NCBI GenBank assembly: GCA_018003015.1
Contig: JAGNEZ010000032.1
Coordinates: 5,388-69,387 of the forward strand
Direction of reading: 5' to 3'
Length of the DNA: 64,000 nt
Origin: Phycisphaerae bacterium
GTDB lineage: Bacteria; Planctomycetota; Phycisphaerae; UBA1845; PWPN01
Below the pieces are notes generated by a model. The model made no database searches. It was not told where the DNA came from and worked only from the letters and a program-made list of their open reading frames with translations. This document shows, one piece after another, positions 17,950 through 28,426 of the stretch; the first letter of the stretch is position 1; each line of letters opens with the position of its first letter. A program made the position numbers and the translations under genes.

Positions 17950-18846
17950 ATGTCGCGAAGTCCCGGCCGAAGCAGTTCAACTCGAAAGGGGCTCACCAGA
18001 GTGGAGATCGTGGCGTTCTTCGCCTTCACGGTGATCATTCTCGCCCTGATCCCGCCAATCACGTTCCAGCGCACCGGCAGGCTCGCGCCGCTCGCGGTGT
18101 GCGCGGCTAACCTCAAAGAACTGGGTAGGGGCATGCACAGCTACGCCGGCGAAAACGCGGGCACATGGCCGATCGCCGCCCACGCCCCGGCCACCGAAAA
18201 CGGCAAGTGCACCGTCACCTATGCCCCCGGCAAGATCGGCACACGTCGAGGCCACCCGGAGGATCCAAAGGCGGGCGAGACCCGCATCACCGACACGGAA
18301 ATGTCTGTCACCCGCAGTCTGTGGACTCTGGTCCGACGAGGCATGAACTCGCCCCCGTCCTTCGTATGCCCGTTGACTTCCGACCGGCCCGGCACGGACG
18401 AGAATCCTCAGAACCTCTGGGACTTCGCCAGGTACAGCGAGATCAGCTACGGGCTACAGGTCCCGTATGGCACGCACGGCCGGCCCGCCACCACCCGCGA
18501 CCCGCGAATGGCCTTGGCGGCGGACAAGGGACCGTTCGGTGCTGCCCTGGAAGCCGGGGCACGGCAGCCTGGCCCCCCAAAGGCCGGAACCGCGGCCGCA
18601 CCCGGGGACTGGATGCCCTGGAACTCGCCGAACCACGGCGGCAAGAACCAGACCGTCCTGTACGCCGACGGACACATCGAGTCTCAGACAACGCCCGTCG
18701 CCGGTTACATGAACGACAATATCTACACTCGCTGGTCGGACGCCAGCGGCGGTCTCGGCGGCGACGAGCCGATCCGGGTGCAAGGCACACTCCCGGCGGG
18801 GACCGAGGCGCCCTTCGGCGACACGGACACCTTGATCTACCCATGA
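17950..18846 (+). CDS. DUF1559-like protein with type IV pilin-like N-terminal cleavage/methylation segment
   Basis: N-terminus ..RKGLTRVEIVAFFAFTVIILALI (Gly, then Glu at +5, then a hydrophobic helix). CAANLKELGRGMHSY resembles the DUF1559 core. C-terminal NHGGKNQTVLYADGH resembles the H-X9-DG motif (spacing X10 here). The first 455 codons of the 753-aa track ORF are antisense to addB and were discarded. Confidence 0.75.
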   Translation: MSRSPGRSSSTRKGLTRVEIVAFFAFTVIILALIPPITFQRTGRLAPLAVCAANLKELGRGMHSYAGENAGTWPIAAHAPATENGKCTVTYAPGKIGTRRGHPEDPKAGETRITDTEMSVTRSLWTLVRRGMNSPPSFVCPLTSDRPGTDENPQNLWDFARYSEISYGLQVPYGTHGRPATTRDPRMALAADKGPFGAALEAGARQPGPPKAGTAAAPGDWMPWNSPNHGGKNQTVLYADGHIESQTTPVAGYMNDNIYTRWSDASGGLGGDEPIRVQGTLPAGTEAPFGDTDTLIYP

Positions 18847-18892
18847 CGGCGGGCCATCACCGCGAGAACCCCGCGACCTGGAGGGGCCGATC

Positions 18893-19467
<575 letters not shown>

Positions 19468-19471
<4 letters not shown>

Positions 19472-20652
19472 GCGGGCTTGCCCTCCAGGCGGGCCTGGGC
19501 GGAAGCCATGTGCTCGGCGGTCGGGGCCCGGCCGGTGTTCATCATGTCGGCGAAGCAGTCGAACAGGTAGATCGCATCGTGCGGGCCGGGGCTTGCCTCG
19601 GGGTGATACTGCACCGAGAAGATCGGCAGATCCTCGTGGCTGAAGCCCTCCAGCGTCCGATCGTTGAGGTTCTCGTGCGTGGGCACGCCGCCGACCTTGA
19701 GCAGGGTGGCCGTATCCACCGCGAACCCGTGGTTCTGCGAGGTGATCTCCACCCGGCGGGTAGCCAGGTTGATGACCGGCTGGTTGCCGCCGCGGTGACC
19801 GAACTTCAGCTTGTAGGTGCGAGCCCCGAGGGCCAGGGCCAGCAACTGGTGTCCCAGGCAGATGCCGAAGATCGGCACCTGGCCGATGAGCCCCTTGAGG
19901 GTGTCGATGGCGTATGCGAGCGGCTCGGGATCGCCGGGGCCGTTGCTGACAAAGACCCCCGTCGGGCGATAAGCCAGGATATCCTGGGCGCTAGCGGTTG
20001 GAGGTACTACGGTCACCTCGCAGCCGATCTCGACCAGGTTGCGCAGGATGTTGAGCTTCATGCCGCAGTCCATGGCCACGACGCGGAACCGCCCGGCGGG
20101 CTTGCGGTGAGCCATCGCAAAGAGACTCTCGTAGCCCCGGGTCCAGGGAAACGGCCTGTCGGGCATGACCCGCTTGACCATGTCCTCGCCGACCAAACCG
20201 ATCCATGCCCTCGCCCGCTCAACGAGGACGGCATCGTCCAGGATCTCGGTCGAGATCGCACCCTTGAGCGCACCCTGGATCCGCAGCTTGCGGGTGATCG
20301 CCCGGGTATCCACGCCCTGGAGGCCGACCACGCCATGCCGCTGGAGGTATTCGTCGAGCGACAGGGTCGCCCGGAAGTTGCTGCTCCGCCGGGCCAGTTC
20401 CTTGATCACGAAGCCCTCGACCGCCGGCCCGCGCGACTCGGCGTCCTCCTCGCTCACACCATAGTTTCCGATCAGCGGGTAGGTCATGGTGACGATCTGG
20501 CCGGTATACGAGGGGTCGGTGAGGATCTCCTGGTAGCCGGCCATCGAGGTGTTGAAACAGACCTCGCCCACGTGCGTGCCTGCGCCCCCGAAGGCACCGC
20601 CGGTGAAAACGGTTCCGTCTTCAAGGGCCAGTTTACAGACGCGAGTTCCCAT
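19468..20652 (-). CDS. carA: Carbamoyl-phosphate synthase small (glutaminase) subunit
   Basis: The N-terminal CPSase small-chain domain ([15 protein letters not shown] ... [21 protein letters not shown]) and the GATase catalytic motif [14 protein letters not shown] are present. 394 aa. Confidence 0.96.
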
Positions 20653-20769
20653 GCAACACTCCAGCGGGATGTCGGCCGCCAGGCGTCGGCCGCCGGCAAT
20701 CAGTCGCCATCTATCAGCTCAGGACCATAGATTAACGGAGACCGGGCGGAGAGGAAAGCGCGATGGCCG

Positions 20770-21519
20770 TCAAGGCGTGACGCCCTCGAAAAGGACCCGG
20801 CCAACGCGGACCATCGTGGCCCCTTCCTCGATGGCAATCTCGAAATCGTTGCTCATGCCCATGGACAACTCGCGACAGTCGGGCGCAACGAGCCTCTCGC
20901 AGCGCAGGTCATCCAGCAGCTCGCGCAGGCGGGCGAAGTGCGGTCGGGCCTCTTCAGGATCGTCCACCAGCGGAGCCATGGTCATCAGGCCGGTGATGCG
21001 GATCCCGGGCAGGGCCCGGAGCAGTTCAACACAATGCGAAATCGCTCCGACGGCCATCCCACCCTTGCTCTTCTCGCCGGAGACATTGATCTCGATGAGC
21101 AGGGGTATGACCTTGCCGATCTTGACCGCCTCGGCGCTGATCTCCTCGGCCAAGCGAAGACTGTCCAGCGAGTGAATGCAGTCGGTCCAGGGCAGCAGCG
21201 CCCGAACCTTGTTCCGCTGCAGGTGACCGATCATGTGCCATTGCGGCTCGGCCGGCGTCCCAGGCCCTTCCATCCGGCGCCGTCTGGCCAGATGCTCACG
21301 GACCATGCTGGCTCGCTTAATGAGTTCCTGGACCCGGTTCTCGCCAAGATCGGCGAGCCCCATCTCGATGGCCGTGCGAATGATGTCGATCTCGACCATC
21401 TTGGTCACGGCGATCAGGCGCACGTCCTCAAACCGCCGGCCTTTGCGTTCGCAGGCACCGCGTACCCGATCATGCAAACGTTTGAGGTTCTCGGCCAGCT
21501 TGCGGCGTATCGTGTTCAT
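20770..21519 (-). CDS. yggS: YggS-family pyridoxal-phosphate homeostasis protein
   Basis: [11 protein letters not shown] (PLP lysine), [41 protein letters not shown]. Start at MNTIRRK (21519). The upstream part of the 357-aa track ORF is implausible in composition. Confidence 0.9.
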   Translation of the reverse strand: MNTIRRKLAENLKRLHDRVRGACERKGRRFEDVRLIAVTKMVEIDIIRTAIEMGLADLGENRVQELIKRASMVREHLARRRRMEGPGTPAEPQWHMIGHLQRNKVRALLPWTDCIHSLDSLRLAEEISAEAVKIGKVIPLLIEINVSGEKSKGGMAVGAISHCVELLRALPGIRITGLMTMAPLVDDPEEARPHFARLRELLDDLRCERLVAPDCRELSMGMSNDFEIAIEEGATMVRVGRVLFEGVTP

Positions 21520-21658
21520 CGGTACCCCTGTACCCTGCAGGAGTATCAGGGCAAACCCCCCGACAATCAACTCGACCCCAAGACGCTTCCCCCCACATGG
21601 TTGCTCGAGGGCGGCGCTTTCGTCAAGATACCCACCGTCGATGCGAAGGCGAGAAGAC

Positions 21659-22351
21659 ATGCTGGGAATCGAGAACATCATCGTGGCCGCGCCGGGCAGG
21701 GGCGAGAAGATCTCGTTCCGGACCCTGTTTGGCGATGACCATCCCGTGGAGATGGAGATTGGCACGGGCAAAGGCGGCTTTCTACTCCGCCGGGCACAGG
21801 CCCATCCCGATCGGCGGTTCTTCGGAATCGAGTGGGCTAACAAGATCTGTCGTTATGTGGCCGATCGAATGGTCCGTCACGGCGTCACCAACGTCCGACT
21901 GATGCGGACGGATGCCCGTCACCTGGTGATGTACCAGATGCCGCCCGAATGTGTGACCATCATCCACATCTACCATCCCGATCCGTGGCCCAAGAAACGA
22001 CATCACAAGCGACGGCTGATTCAGCCGGCGTTACTGGCCGCCGTTGTCGAAATCCTCGTTCCTGGCGGGCGGGTGGCGATCCAGACCGACCATGCCGAGT
22101 ACTTCGAGCAGATCCGCGCGGTTGCCCGCGGCGAGCCTCGACTGGAGGAAGTGGCGTTCGACGTACCCGAGGCGGGTGTCGTCGAGGGGCGGGTGCAGAC
22201 CAACTTCGAGATCAAGTACCTTCGGGAGGGACGAACCCTGTATCAGATGGCGCTTCGCAAGAGGGCGCGGTCGGCGACGTCCAGCGAGGGATCCTCGCAC
22301 CTCCTGGTCCGTGGGACCGTGGCGCCGGCCCCAGACTCCAAGTCGATGTAA
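21659..22351 (+). CDS. trmB: tRNA (guanine46-N7)-methyltransferase
   Basis: EIGTGKGGFL SAM-binding motif, GIEWANK, IYHPDPWPKKRHHKRRL. Start at MLGIEN (21659). Confidence 0.9.
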   Translation: MLGIENIIVAAPGRGEKISFRTLFGDDHPVEMEIGTGKGGFLLRRAQAHPDRRFFGIEWANKICRYVADRMVRHGVTNVRLMRTDARHLVMYQMPPECVTIIHIYHPDPWPKKRHHKRRLIQPALLAAVVEILVPGGRVAIQTDHAEYFEQIRAVARGEPRLEEVAFDVPEAGVVEGRVQTNFEIKYLREGRTLYQMALRKRARSATSSEGSSHLLVRGTVAPAPDSKSM

Positions 22352-22394
22352 GCGTCACATGCAGCCTCGTACATCAACTGAAGGGGAGATTCAT

Positions 22395-24440
22395 ATGAAC
22401 CTTTTTCGTCTTGCCGTGACTGTCGTCATGTTGCCGCTGCTCTTTTGCGGCGAGTTGTTCTCCCAGGTACACCCGAAGACGGTCAATGAACATCCGCCGC
22501 AAACTGACGACATGGACTGGGGCCAGCCAAGAGTCAGCGTAGCCAAGGCGAATGACATATGGACGATCGCGGGAGTCCAGAAGACGCTGGCGCTCAACAC
22601 GGCCGACCTGGCCGTGAACATCACGGGCAGTGGCATCACGTGGAAATTGGAGCCCTCCGGACCCGACGACATTGTGGTCCAGCCTCCGGGTTCGGCTGAG
22701 CTCAACCTCAGACTGACCCAGGCGGGAAAGACCGTCATTCAGCCCTACGACACGGGCTTCATGACCGGACTCGTTATCAAGCTGAGCGAATTCAGGGATG
22801 CCGCGCAAACGCTCGACCTGACCGTACAGCTGTTCGTCTGCATGGAGGTGAACACCGAGGATATCCTGTTCGACATCGTGCCGATCGAACGAACGACGGT
22901 GATCAAGAGGTGTTGCTGGCCCAAGGCGTTCGTCGGAGAGGACGTGGATTGCACGGTGATACCGGCCATGCAGGGGATGCTGCTGCCGAGAAACTGGGAT
23001 AGACAAGTCACTCTCTGGGGGAACTTCTGCTATGACCGTTGCTTGTCTATGCCGTGGTGGGGGCACTCCAAGGGGGAACGATCGGCGATCTTGATCGTCG
23101 AAACCCCGGATGATGCCGCCTGCAAGTTCGCCCATCCCGCGGGCGGCCCAACGAGGATGGCCCTGGAATGGCATCACAGCCTCGGGCAATTCCGCTACCC
23201 GAGAAGAGCCAGGCTTGCCTTGCTGAAGGGCCATTACGTCCAGATGGCCAAGAGGTACAGGGAGTATTCGATCCTGAAGGGCGACTTCATCTCTCTCAAG
23301 GAGAAGATCGCGCGGAATCCGGCGGTCGAGAAGCTCATCGGGAGCCCGGTGGCTCATATCGGGGCACTGAACCACTATGAGCCTGGATCCACGGCGTTTG
23401 ACAAGGAAGATCCGAGAAAGAACCACTCCTACACCAAGTTCTCCACCCGCGTGGAGCAACTGAACGGCGTTGCGGAAAAGGGAGTCAAGCGCCTGTACGT
23501 TCATTTGGACGGATGGGGCTTCCGCGGTTATGACAATCTCCACCCCGACTGCCTCCCTCCGAGCGAGGAATGCGGAGGCTGGGAAGGATTGAAGAAACTG
23601 GCCGATGCCTGCAGGGGGCATGGGTATATCTTCGCATTGCACGACCAGTATCACGATTACTACGTAGATGCGAAGTCGTTCCAGGACAGGCACGCCCGGC
23701 AGGGAGAGGACGGAAAGCCCTTGTATATCTCCCATTGGGCGGGTGGAAAACAGACCTGGATGTGTCCGCGTCTCTCGCCGGGGCACGTGAAGAAGAACTA
23801 CGAGAAGATGAGGCAGATGGGGTTGAGTGTCGGCGGGGCCTATCTCGATGTTTTCGCGGTCATTCCGCCGCCCGAGTGCTACAACGTCGAACACCCCTCC
23901 ACGAGGACGCAAACCCTCGAGTGCTGGGGAGATTGCCTCGACTACATCCGGACTCAGGTGGGCGTCGTGAGTTCGGAAGAGCCCACCTCCTGGGCTGTCA
24001 AGCATATTAGCCTCGTCCACCACGCGCCTCACTGGGTGGACCCGATTTTCGGAGACGGGCCCGCGCATGGAATCCCTATCCCTCTGTTCAATCTGGTCTA
24101 CCACGATGCACTGATCACGCCATGGTTCATGGGCAAGCGAGGGGATCCCCTCTTCGGGATCCCCAAAGAACACAGCGGCTATCTGCTCGGACTGCTCAAC
24201 GGGGGCGTGCCCTACATATCGGTGGACGACCCGAAAGAGCCGGAACTCGAGATGGCTCGGGTGATGTGCGCCTTGAACGGCCGGGTCGCCCTGCTGGAAA
24301 TGAAGGACCACGAGTTCCTTGACAAGAAGCATCGAAGGCAGAGGACGACCTTTGCGGATGGAACCACGGTCACCATCGACCCCGATGTCGAGACGTTTGA
24401 AGTCGTTCCGCGACTCCAATACGGGAAAGAGATCCGATAA
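22395..24440 (+). CDS. Secreted hypothetical protein, glycoside-hydrolase-like (family unassigned)
   Basis: Signal peptide MNLFRLAVTVVMLPLLFCGELFSQ, with AAGGGGAG 6 nt upstream of the ATG. Central region (LYVHLDGWGFRGYDNLHPD...YIFALHDQYHDYY...GGAYLDVF) resembles a (beta/alpha)8 glycosidase core. I cannot name the family. Confidence 0.8.
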   Translation: MNLFRLAVTVVMLPLLFCGELFSQVHPKTVNEHPPQTDDMDWGQPRVSVAKANDIWTIAGVQKTLALNTADLAVNITGSGITWKLEPSGPDDIVVQPPGSAELNLRLTQAGKTVIQPYDTGFMTGLVIKLSEFRDAAQTLDLTVQLFVCMEVNTEDILFDIVPIERTTVIKRCCWPKAFVGEDVDCTVIPAMQGMLLPRNWDRQVTLWGNFCYDRCLSMPWWGHSKGERSAILIVETPDDAACKFAHPAGGPTRMALEWHHSLGQFRYPRRARLALLKGHYVQMAKRYREYSILKGDFISLKEKIARNPAVEKLIGSPVAHIGALNHYEPGSTAFDKEDPRKNHSYTKFSTRVEQLNGVAEKGVKRLYVHLDGWGFRGYDNLHPDCLPPSEECGGWEGLKKLADACRGHGYIFALHDQYHDYYVDAKSFQDRHARQGEDGKPLYISHWAGGKQTWMCPRLSPGHVKKNYEKMRQMGLSVGGAYLDVFAVIPPPECYNVEHPSTRTQTLECWGDCLDYIRTQVGVVSSEEPTSWAVKHISLVHHAPHWVDPIFGDGPAHGIPIPLFNLVYHDALITPWFMGKRGDPLFGIPKEHSGYLLGLLNGGVPYISVDDPKEPELEMARVMCALNGRVALLEMKDHEFLDKKHRRQRTTFADGTTVTIDPDVETFEVVPRLQYGKEIR

Positions 24441-24702
24441 AGGGTTGAAGACATGTTGACGAGGTCCTTGCGCCTCGACGGAAATCCAGCCGTGTCGCGG
24501 CCGATGGAGGATTGAGACTCAGGGGAAGAACAAGGGGCAGCTGAGGAACAAAGGAGCAAGAGCCGTTGATTCGTCCCCTCGCCCCGCCCATGACAAACCC
24601 TCGAAGCCCACGGCTGCCCTCTCCGCGTCATGGCGCCTTGGCGGTTTGACTCCATTCCCCCCGTCTGTTGCTGAAAAGCCCGCTGAAAGGCGCTCTCATC
24701 AC

Positions 24703-25743
24703 TCATCCCTTGTGACCCATGGTTCGCTGTTCGTCGCTTTCCCAGGACTGGCTGACGCGGTCGGCGATGTGCTCGACGGGTTCGCCTTCGGCGACGTCCA
24801 CCCAGCGGATGCGGGGCATGCGCCGCATCCAGGTGCGTTGGCTCTTGGCCAGGCGGCGGGTATTGATCTTGATCTGCTCGACCGCGTCGTCCAGGGAAAG
24901 CTCGCCGCGCAGATGGCGGATGATCTCGGCGTAGCCGACTGCCTGGGCGGCCTGCTCGCCGATACCGGCCGGCTCGAACAGAAGAGTTCGGACCTCCTCG
25001 ACCAGGCCGCTGGCGATCATTTGCCTGACCCGGGCATTGATGTGCCGGTTGAGGTCCTCCTTGGGCATGCGGATGGCGACCACCCGACAATCATACCGAC
25101 CGGTGAAGCCGCACCATTGGGTCTGCAGTTCGCTGATCGGAAGGCCGCGAGCGCGATAGACCTCCATGGCCCGCTCGATCCGGCGCAGGTCGTTGGGGTG
25201 AATGCGAGCGGCGGCGGCCGGGTCCACCCGAGCCAGTTCGGTGTGCAACGCGGCGGAGCCTTCCCTCGCGGCACGGTCACGCAGGCTCTGGCGATAGGCG
25301 GGATCGGCTGGCGGCCCCTCGAACACGCCGGAAACCAATCCGCGAACGAACATCATGGTGCCGCCCTCGGCCACCAGGGGCCGGCCGCGAGCCGCGGTCT
25401 CGCGGATGACACGGTCGGCGTCCTCGATGAACCGGCCCAGACTGTAGGACTCGCTCGGCTCGATGATGTCGATGAGGTGATGCCGAATCCGGGCCCGTTC
25501 CTCGATCGTCGGCTTGGCGGTACCGATATCCATCCGCCGGTAGATCTTCATGGAGTCAACGGAGAGGATCTCCGCACCGAGCCGGCGGGCCAGCTCCAAA
25601 CCGACGGCGCTCTTGCCGCAAGCGGTGCAGCCGATGAGCAGGTGAAGGCGAATGGGCACGGGCACGTCCTCGAAGCAGGCCGCCGGCGCCGACCGGCCAG
25701 GCACATTCCTGTTGACCATAAGCGTCGAGCCGTCGGAGCACAA
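24703..25743 (-). CDS. miaA: tRNA dimethylallyltransferase
   Basis: P-loop LLIGCTACGKSAVGLELA, SVDSMKIYRRMDIGTAKP, and downstream MiaA helical-insert conservation (..RRLAKSQRTWMRR). The start is uncertain (25743 or the internal Met at 25719). Confidence 0.93.
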   Translation of the reverse strand: MCSDGSTLMVNRNVPGRSAPAACFEDVPVPIRLHLLIGCTACGKSAVGLELARRLGAEILSVDSMKIYRRMDIGTAKPTIEERARIRHHLIDIIEPSESYSLGRFIEDADRVIRETAARGRPLVAEGGTMMFVRGLVSGVFEGPPADPAYRQSLRDRAAREGSAALHTELARVDPAAAARIHPNDLRRIERAMEVYRARGLPISELQTQWCGFTGRYDCRVVAIRMPKEDLNRHINARVRQMIASGLVEEVRTLLFEPAGIGEQAAQAVGYAEIIRHLRGELSLDDAVEQIKINTRRLAKSQRTWMRRMPRIRWVDVAEGEPVEHIADRVSQSWESDEQRTMGHKG

Positions 25744-26091
25744 AGCCGAACGCAGAGAGGCCAGAAGCCGAGAGGGGCGCGGGCCGGCCTCGGCATCCGG
25801 GCGGCGTGGAGGGAGCCCAGGCAGGTGTCCAGAAGAGGCAGGGCAGCCTGTAAGTGGCTCTAAGAACAGGGTTTGCGCGCGTCAGCGGACCGGATCGGCT
25901 GTCAGGATGGCAGCGACGGGCGGAGGCGGCTTGGCGGCAGCTCATCTCCTAACTTGAGCTTTGGCAACTGGTTACGTCGATTCCGAATCCATGGCATGCG
26001 GCATGATGAGGATGGAGGGATGGAACGAGGCGGCAAAGGGCTGCCATCAGAACACAAGATCAGGTGATTCGTACTATACGGAGGTGTGATC

Positions 26092-26538
26092 ATGATGCCG
26101 GTTTTCTGCGGACGAACGCGATGGGATGATGCCCTGCCTGCGGCTTTCGACGGCCTGGCACGATGGCCTCGCGAACTCGAGCGGGCGATTGACACGTTCC
26201 TCGGCGAAAGCACGCCAGAGGCGTTCCGGGTTGATGTTCGCCAGGACGGTGACAACCTGCTATTCGAGGCCGAGCTACCGGGCGTGGCCCGTGAGCATGT
26301 GAACGTGGCGGTAGAGAACGGCCTGCTGACCATCGGGGCTCAGTTTGTGAACGCTTCGGACGAGAAGAAAGGCAACTACCATGTACGCGAACGGCGGTCC
26401 GGAGAATACAGCCGGAACTTCAAGCTGCCGCCGACCGCGGACGCCGAGAAGATCGACGCCACGCTCAAGAACGGGATTCTGACCTTACGGATCCCGACCC
26501 GCGAGGAAGCCAAGCCCAGGCAGATTGAAGTCAAATAA
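26092..26538 (+). CDS. Hsp20/alpha-crystallin family small heat-shock protein
   Basis: Alpha-crystallin domain (DVRQDGDNLLFEAELPGV...GEYSRNFKLP...ATLKNGILTLRIP). GGAGG lies 7 nt upstream of the ATG at 26092. The ORF track begins at a GTG at 26086. Confidence 0.93.
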   Translation: MMPVFCGRTRWDDALPAAFDGLARWPRELERAIDTFLGESTPEAFRVDVRQDGDNLLFEAELPGVAREHVNVAVENGLLTIGAQFVNASDEKKGNYHVRERRSGEYSRNFKLPPTADAEKIDATLKNGILTLRIPTREEAKPRQIEVK

Positions 26539-26572
26539 GCCTCCTTCCCCCTCCTCCTGTGAAGTGCCTGCA

Positions 26573-26602
26573 GGGCCGCGGTTGCTGAAGCAGCCGCGGC
26601 CC
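26573..26602. terminator. GC-rich hairpin between convergent hsp20 and L,D-transpeptidase genes (candidate bidirectional terminator)
   Basis: GGGCCGCGG...CCGCGGCCC is a perfect 9-bp stem extended by inner G-U and TGC/GCA pairs around a TGAA loop. It is followed on the + strand by CTTGCTCTTC (only partly T-rich). It sits 35 nt after the hsp20 stop and 18 nt after the ldt stop. Confidence 0.45.
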
Positions 26603-26619
26603 CTTGCTCTTCGGGGCGG

Positions 26620-27612
26620 TCACTTGAGGGCCATGGGACCAGGACTGTTGACGAACTTCACCGGCAGGCCGATGCGGACCATCTTGCCGAGGCGGATCGC
26701 GTCCCAGTTGGCCAGGCGGAAACAGCCGTGCGAGCCGGTCTTGCCGATCAGCTCGGGATTCGGTGTGCCGTGCATACCGTAACCGGGCAGACTCAGACCG
26801 ATCCAGAAGCGGCCGACCGGGTTGCGCGGTCCCGGCGGGATCTCCAGCTTCTCGGTGATGCGCTCCTTGACCTCCGGCCACATCTTGGGATCGAAGCTGT
26901 AGACGGGGTTCGCCGCGACCCTGATCACTTCCGCGTCCCGGTCGGGCAGCTTGGCCTTGTTCGCGGCAATCGAGCAATGGAACAGGGCGATGAGCTTCCT
27001 GTCCGGCCCGATGACGCGGATGATCTTCTCGGCGAGATTGACCTCGAGGCAAGCGGCGGCGGGCCACTCCTGGCGGCCGCCCAGGATTGGAACCACGACC
27101 TGGGCACCGGCCTTGAGGTGGTTGATTGACTTGCTCGGGTTGAGCGTGTTGAGCAGGGCCTTCTTGCAGTGGAACTTCTCGGCGAGGACATCGTCGAGGC
27201 TCTCGTGACCCAGGCGGACCAACTTGCTCTTGGCTACCCAGCTCTGCGGGCAGGGGCCGATCTCGGCCAGGTCCGCGGCTTCGACGGTGTACTTGCCGAG
27301 CACCGCGTCGGGGTCGACGGCGAGAGCCTTGGCGGTGGCATCATCCAGCTCGCCGGTCACGGGAAGCCCTCGAACCCTCTGGAATTCTTTAGCGGCTATT
27401 TGGGTCTTAAAACCGATTTGCCCGTCGATCAGGCCGGGCGAAAAGCCCAGGTTGTCCAGGGCGACCTGCCAAGCGATGTTACGACGGAGCGAGGATTCCC
27501 ACTCGGTCACGGCGCCCGGAAGGGAGACAGGGGAGGCCAGTGCCGAGGCCACCCAAAGCACCGTGATCACGCGTTGGTGACGATGCGTGGAAGACGCACT
27601 TCTCGCGAACAT
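26620..27612 (-). CDS. L,D-transpeptidase (YkuD domain) with peptidoglycan-binding domain
   Basis: PG_binding_1-like repeat (GQIGFKTQIAAKEFQRVRGLPVTGELD). YkuD catalytic signature GMHGTPNPELIGKTGSHGCFRL. N-terminal signal peptide. Confidence 0.92.
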   Translation of the reverse strand: MFARSASSTHRHQRVITVLWVASALASPVSLPGAVTEWESSLRRNIAWQVALDNLGFSPGLIDGQIGFKTQIAAKEFQRVRGLPVTGELDDATAKALAVDPDAVLGKYTVEAADLAEIGPCPQSWVAKSKLVRLGHESLDDVLAEKFHCKKALLNTLNPSKSINHLKAGAQVVVPILGGRQEWPAAACLEVNLAEKIIRVIGPDRKLIALFHCSIAANKAKLPDRDAEVIRVAANPVYSFDPKMWPEVKERITEKLEIPPGPRNPVGRFWIGLSLPGYGMHGTPNPELIGKTGSHGCFRLANWDAIRLGKMVRIGLPVKFVNSPGPMALK

Positions 27613-28005
27613 GGCGATCCCTTCCTACCGGTGCGGCCGGCCATCGGGTACGGACCACAAGACCCCGTCCGACAAACCTCCTCGGACGCGGCCGGGCGTA
27701 TTGTAGCCGTCCGACCCCGGGGAGTCATTACCGGACGCGGCGACCGGCCGGTGCGGGGCGGCGACCTCCTTCGGCATTCCTGACCGCCGGCCGGTCAGGA
27801 CCCTACAGTGAGGGGCGAGGCTTTCCGATCTGCCCGGACGATGCCGTCGGACGACCGCGAAACGGCACGTTCAGTTCACGAGCCCCCCCTGCCGGACCGA
27901 TGGCAGAGCAAGGACCGTGAGTCACCCTGCCTGCGCCTACAGGGGACCGGGTATCCCAGAGAGGCCGGGCGAGCCCCCGAGACCGCTTGAAGTGGAGATT
28001 CTGAC

Positions 28006-28401
28006 ATGGCCCACCCGTTCGTAGAGTTCCTCACGGAGCGGGATCTCATTCCCGCCTCCGCGGCCGCGCTTTTATGCAAGAGCAGGAGCTTCGTTCGGCA
28101 ACCGATCGGCATGATCGCAGTGAGTCACGGCCTGTTGCGACCGGACCAGATCGACCTGGTCTTGGATCGACAACGCAGCCACAAGGACCATCTGTTCGGC
28201 GAGATCGCGGTGGAGCTGGGTTTTCTGACCCGTCAGCAGACCGAGATGCTGGTCCGAATTCAAGAGCTCCGGCTTGCGGCGGACATCACCGAGACCCTGG
28301 CCTTGGCTGGGGTGTGCACATATGAGGATGGGGTTCGGTACCTGGGAGCCTTCCTGGTTCGTGACTGTGAAGTGGCGGCGATGATGCTGGGGCAAGCGTG
28401 A
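28006..28401 (+). CDS. Small stand-alone protein with tandem MshEN/T2SSE_N-like helical motifs
   Basis: 131 aa. Residues 33-56 (PIGMIAVSHGLLRPDQIDLVLDRQ) and 63-86 (LFGEIAVELGFLTRQQTEMLVRIQ) both fit the xxGxx(h)(h)xxG(h)(h)xxxx(h)xxx(h)xxQ pattern, with a 6-residue spacer. The gene lies 25 nt upstream of the HDOD-GGDEF gene. Confidence 0.6.
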   Translation: MAHPFVEFLTERDLIPASAAALLCKSRSFVRQPIGMIAVSHGLLRPDQIDLVLDRQRSHKDHLFGEIAVELGFLTRQQTEMLVRIQELRLAADITETLALAGVCTYEDGVRYLGAFLVRDCEVAAMMLGQA

Positions 28402-28426
28402 GCGCCTGATCGAGGCTGAGCAGGAT

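Noticed and set aside
22374-24419. A 681-aa ORF on the minus strand, almost exactly co-extensive with the 681-aa plus-strand gene (22395-24440).
   Set aside because: The two frames are codon-aligned (both have lower codon boundaries at coordinates divisible by 3). Antisense stops therefore arise only from sense TTA, CTA or TCA codons, which GC-biased codon usage avoids. The plus-strand product has an SD, a signal peptide and normal composition. The minus-strand product is Arg/Gly/Pro/His-rich with no SD.
25953-25995. Possible heat-shock (sigma-32 CTTGAG...) or sigma-54 (TGGCAA-N4-TTAC at 25962-25975) promoter upstream of hsp20. I also looked for CIRCE/ROSE-type elements.
   Set aside because: No CCCCAT-like -10 lies at the right spacing for sigma-32. 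The -12 element does not match TTGC and the spacing is off by one for sigma-54. No CIRCE inverted repeat or SD-sequestering ROSE-like hairpin was found.
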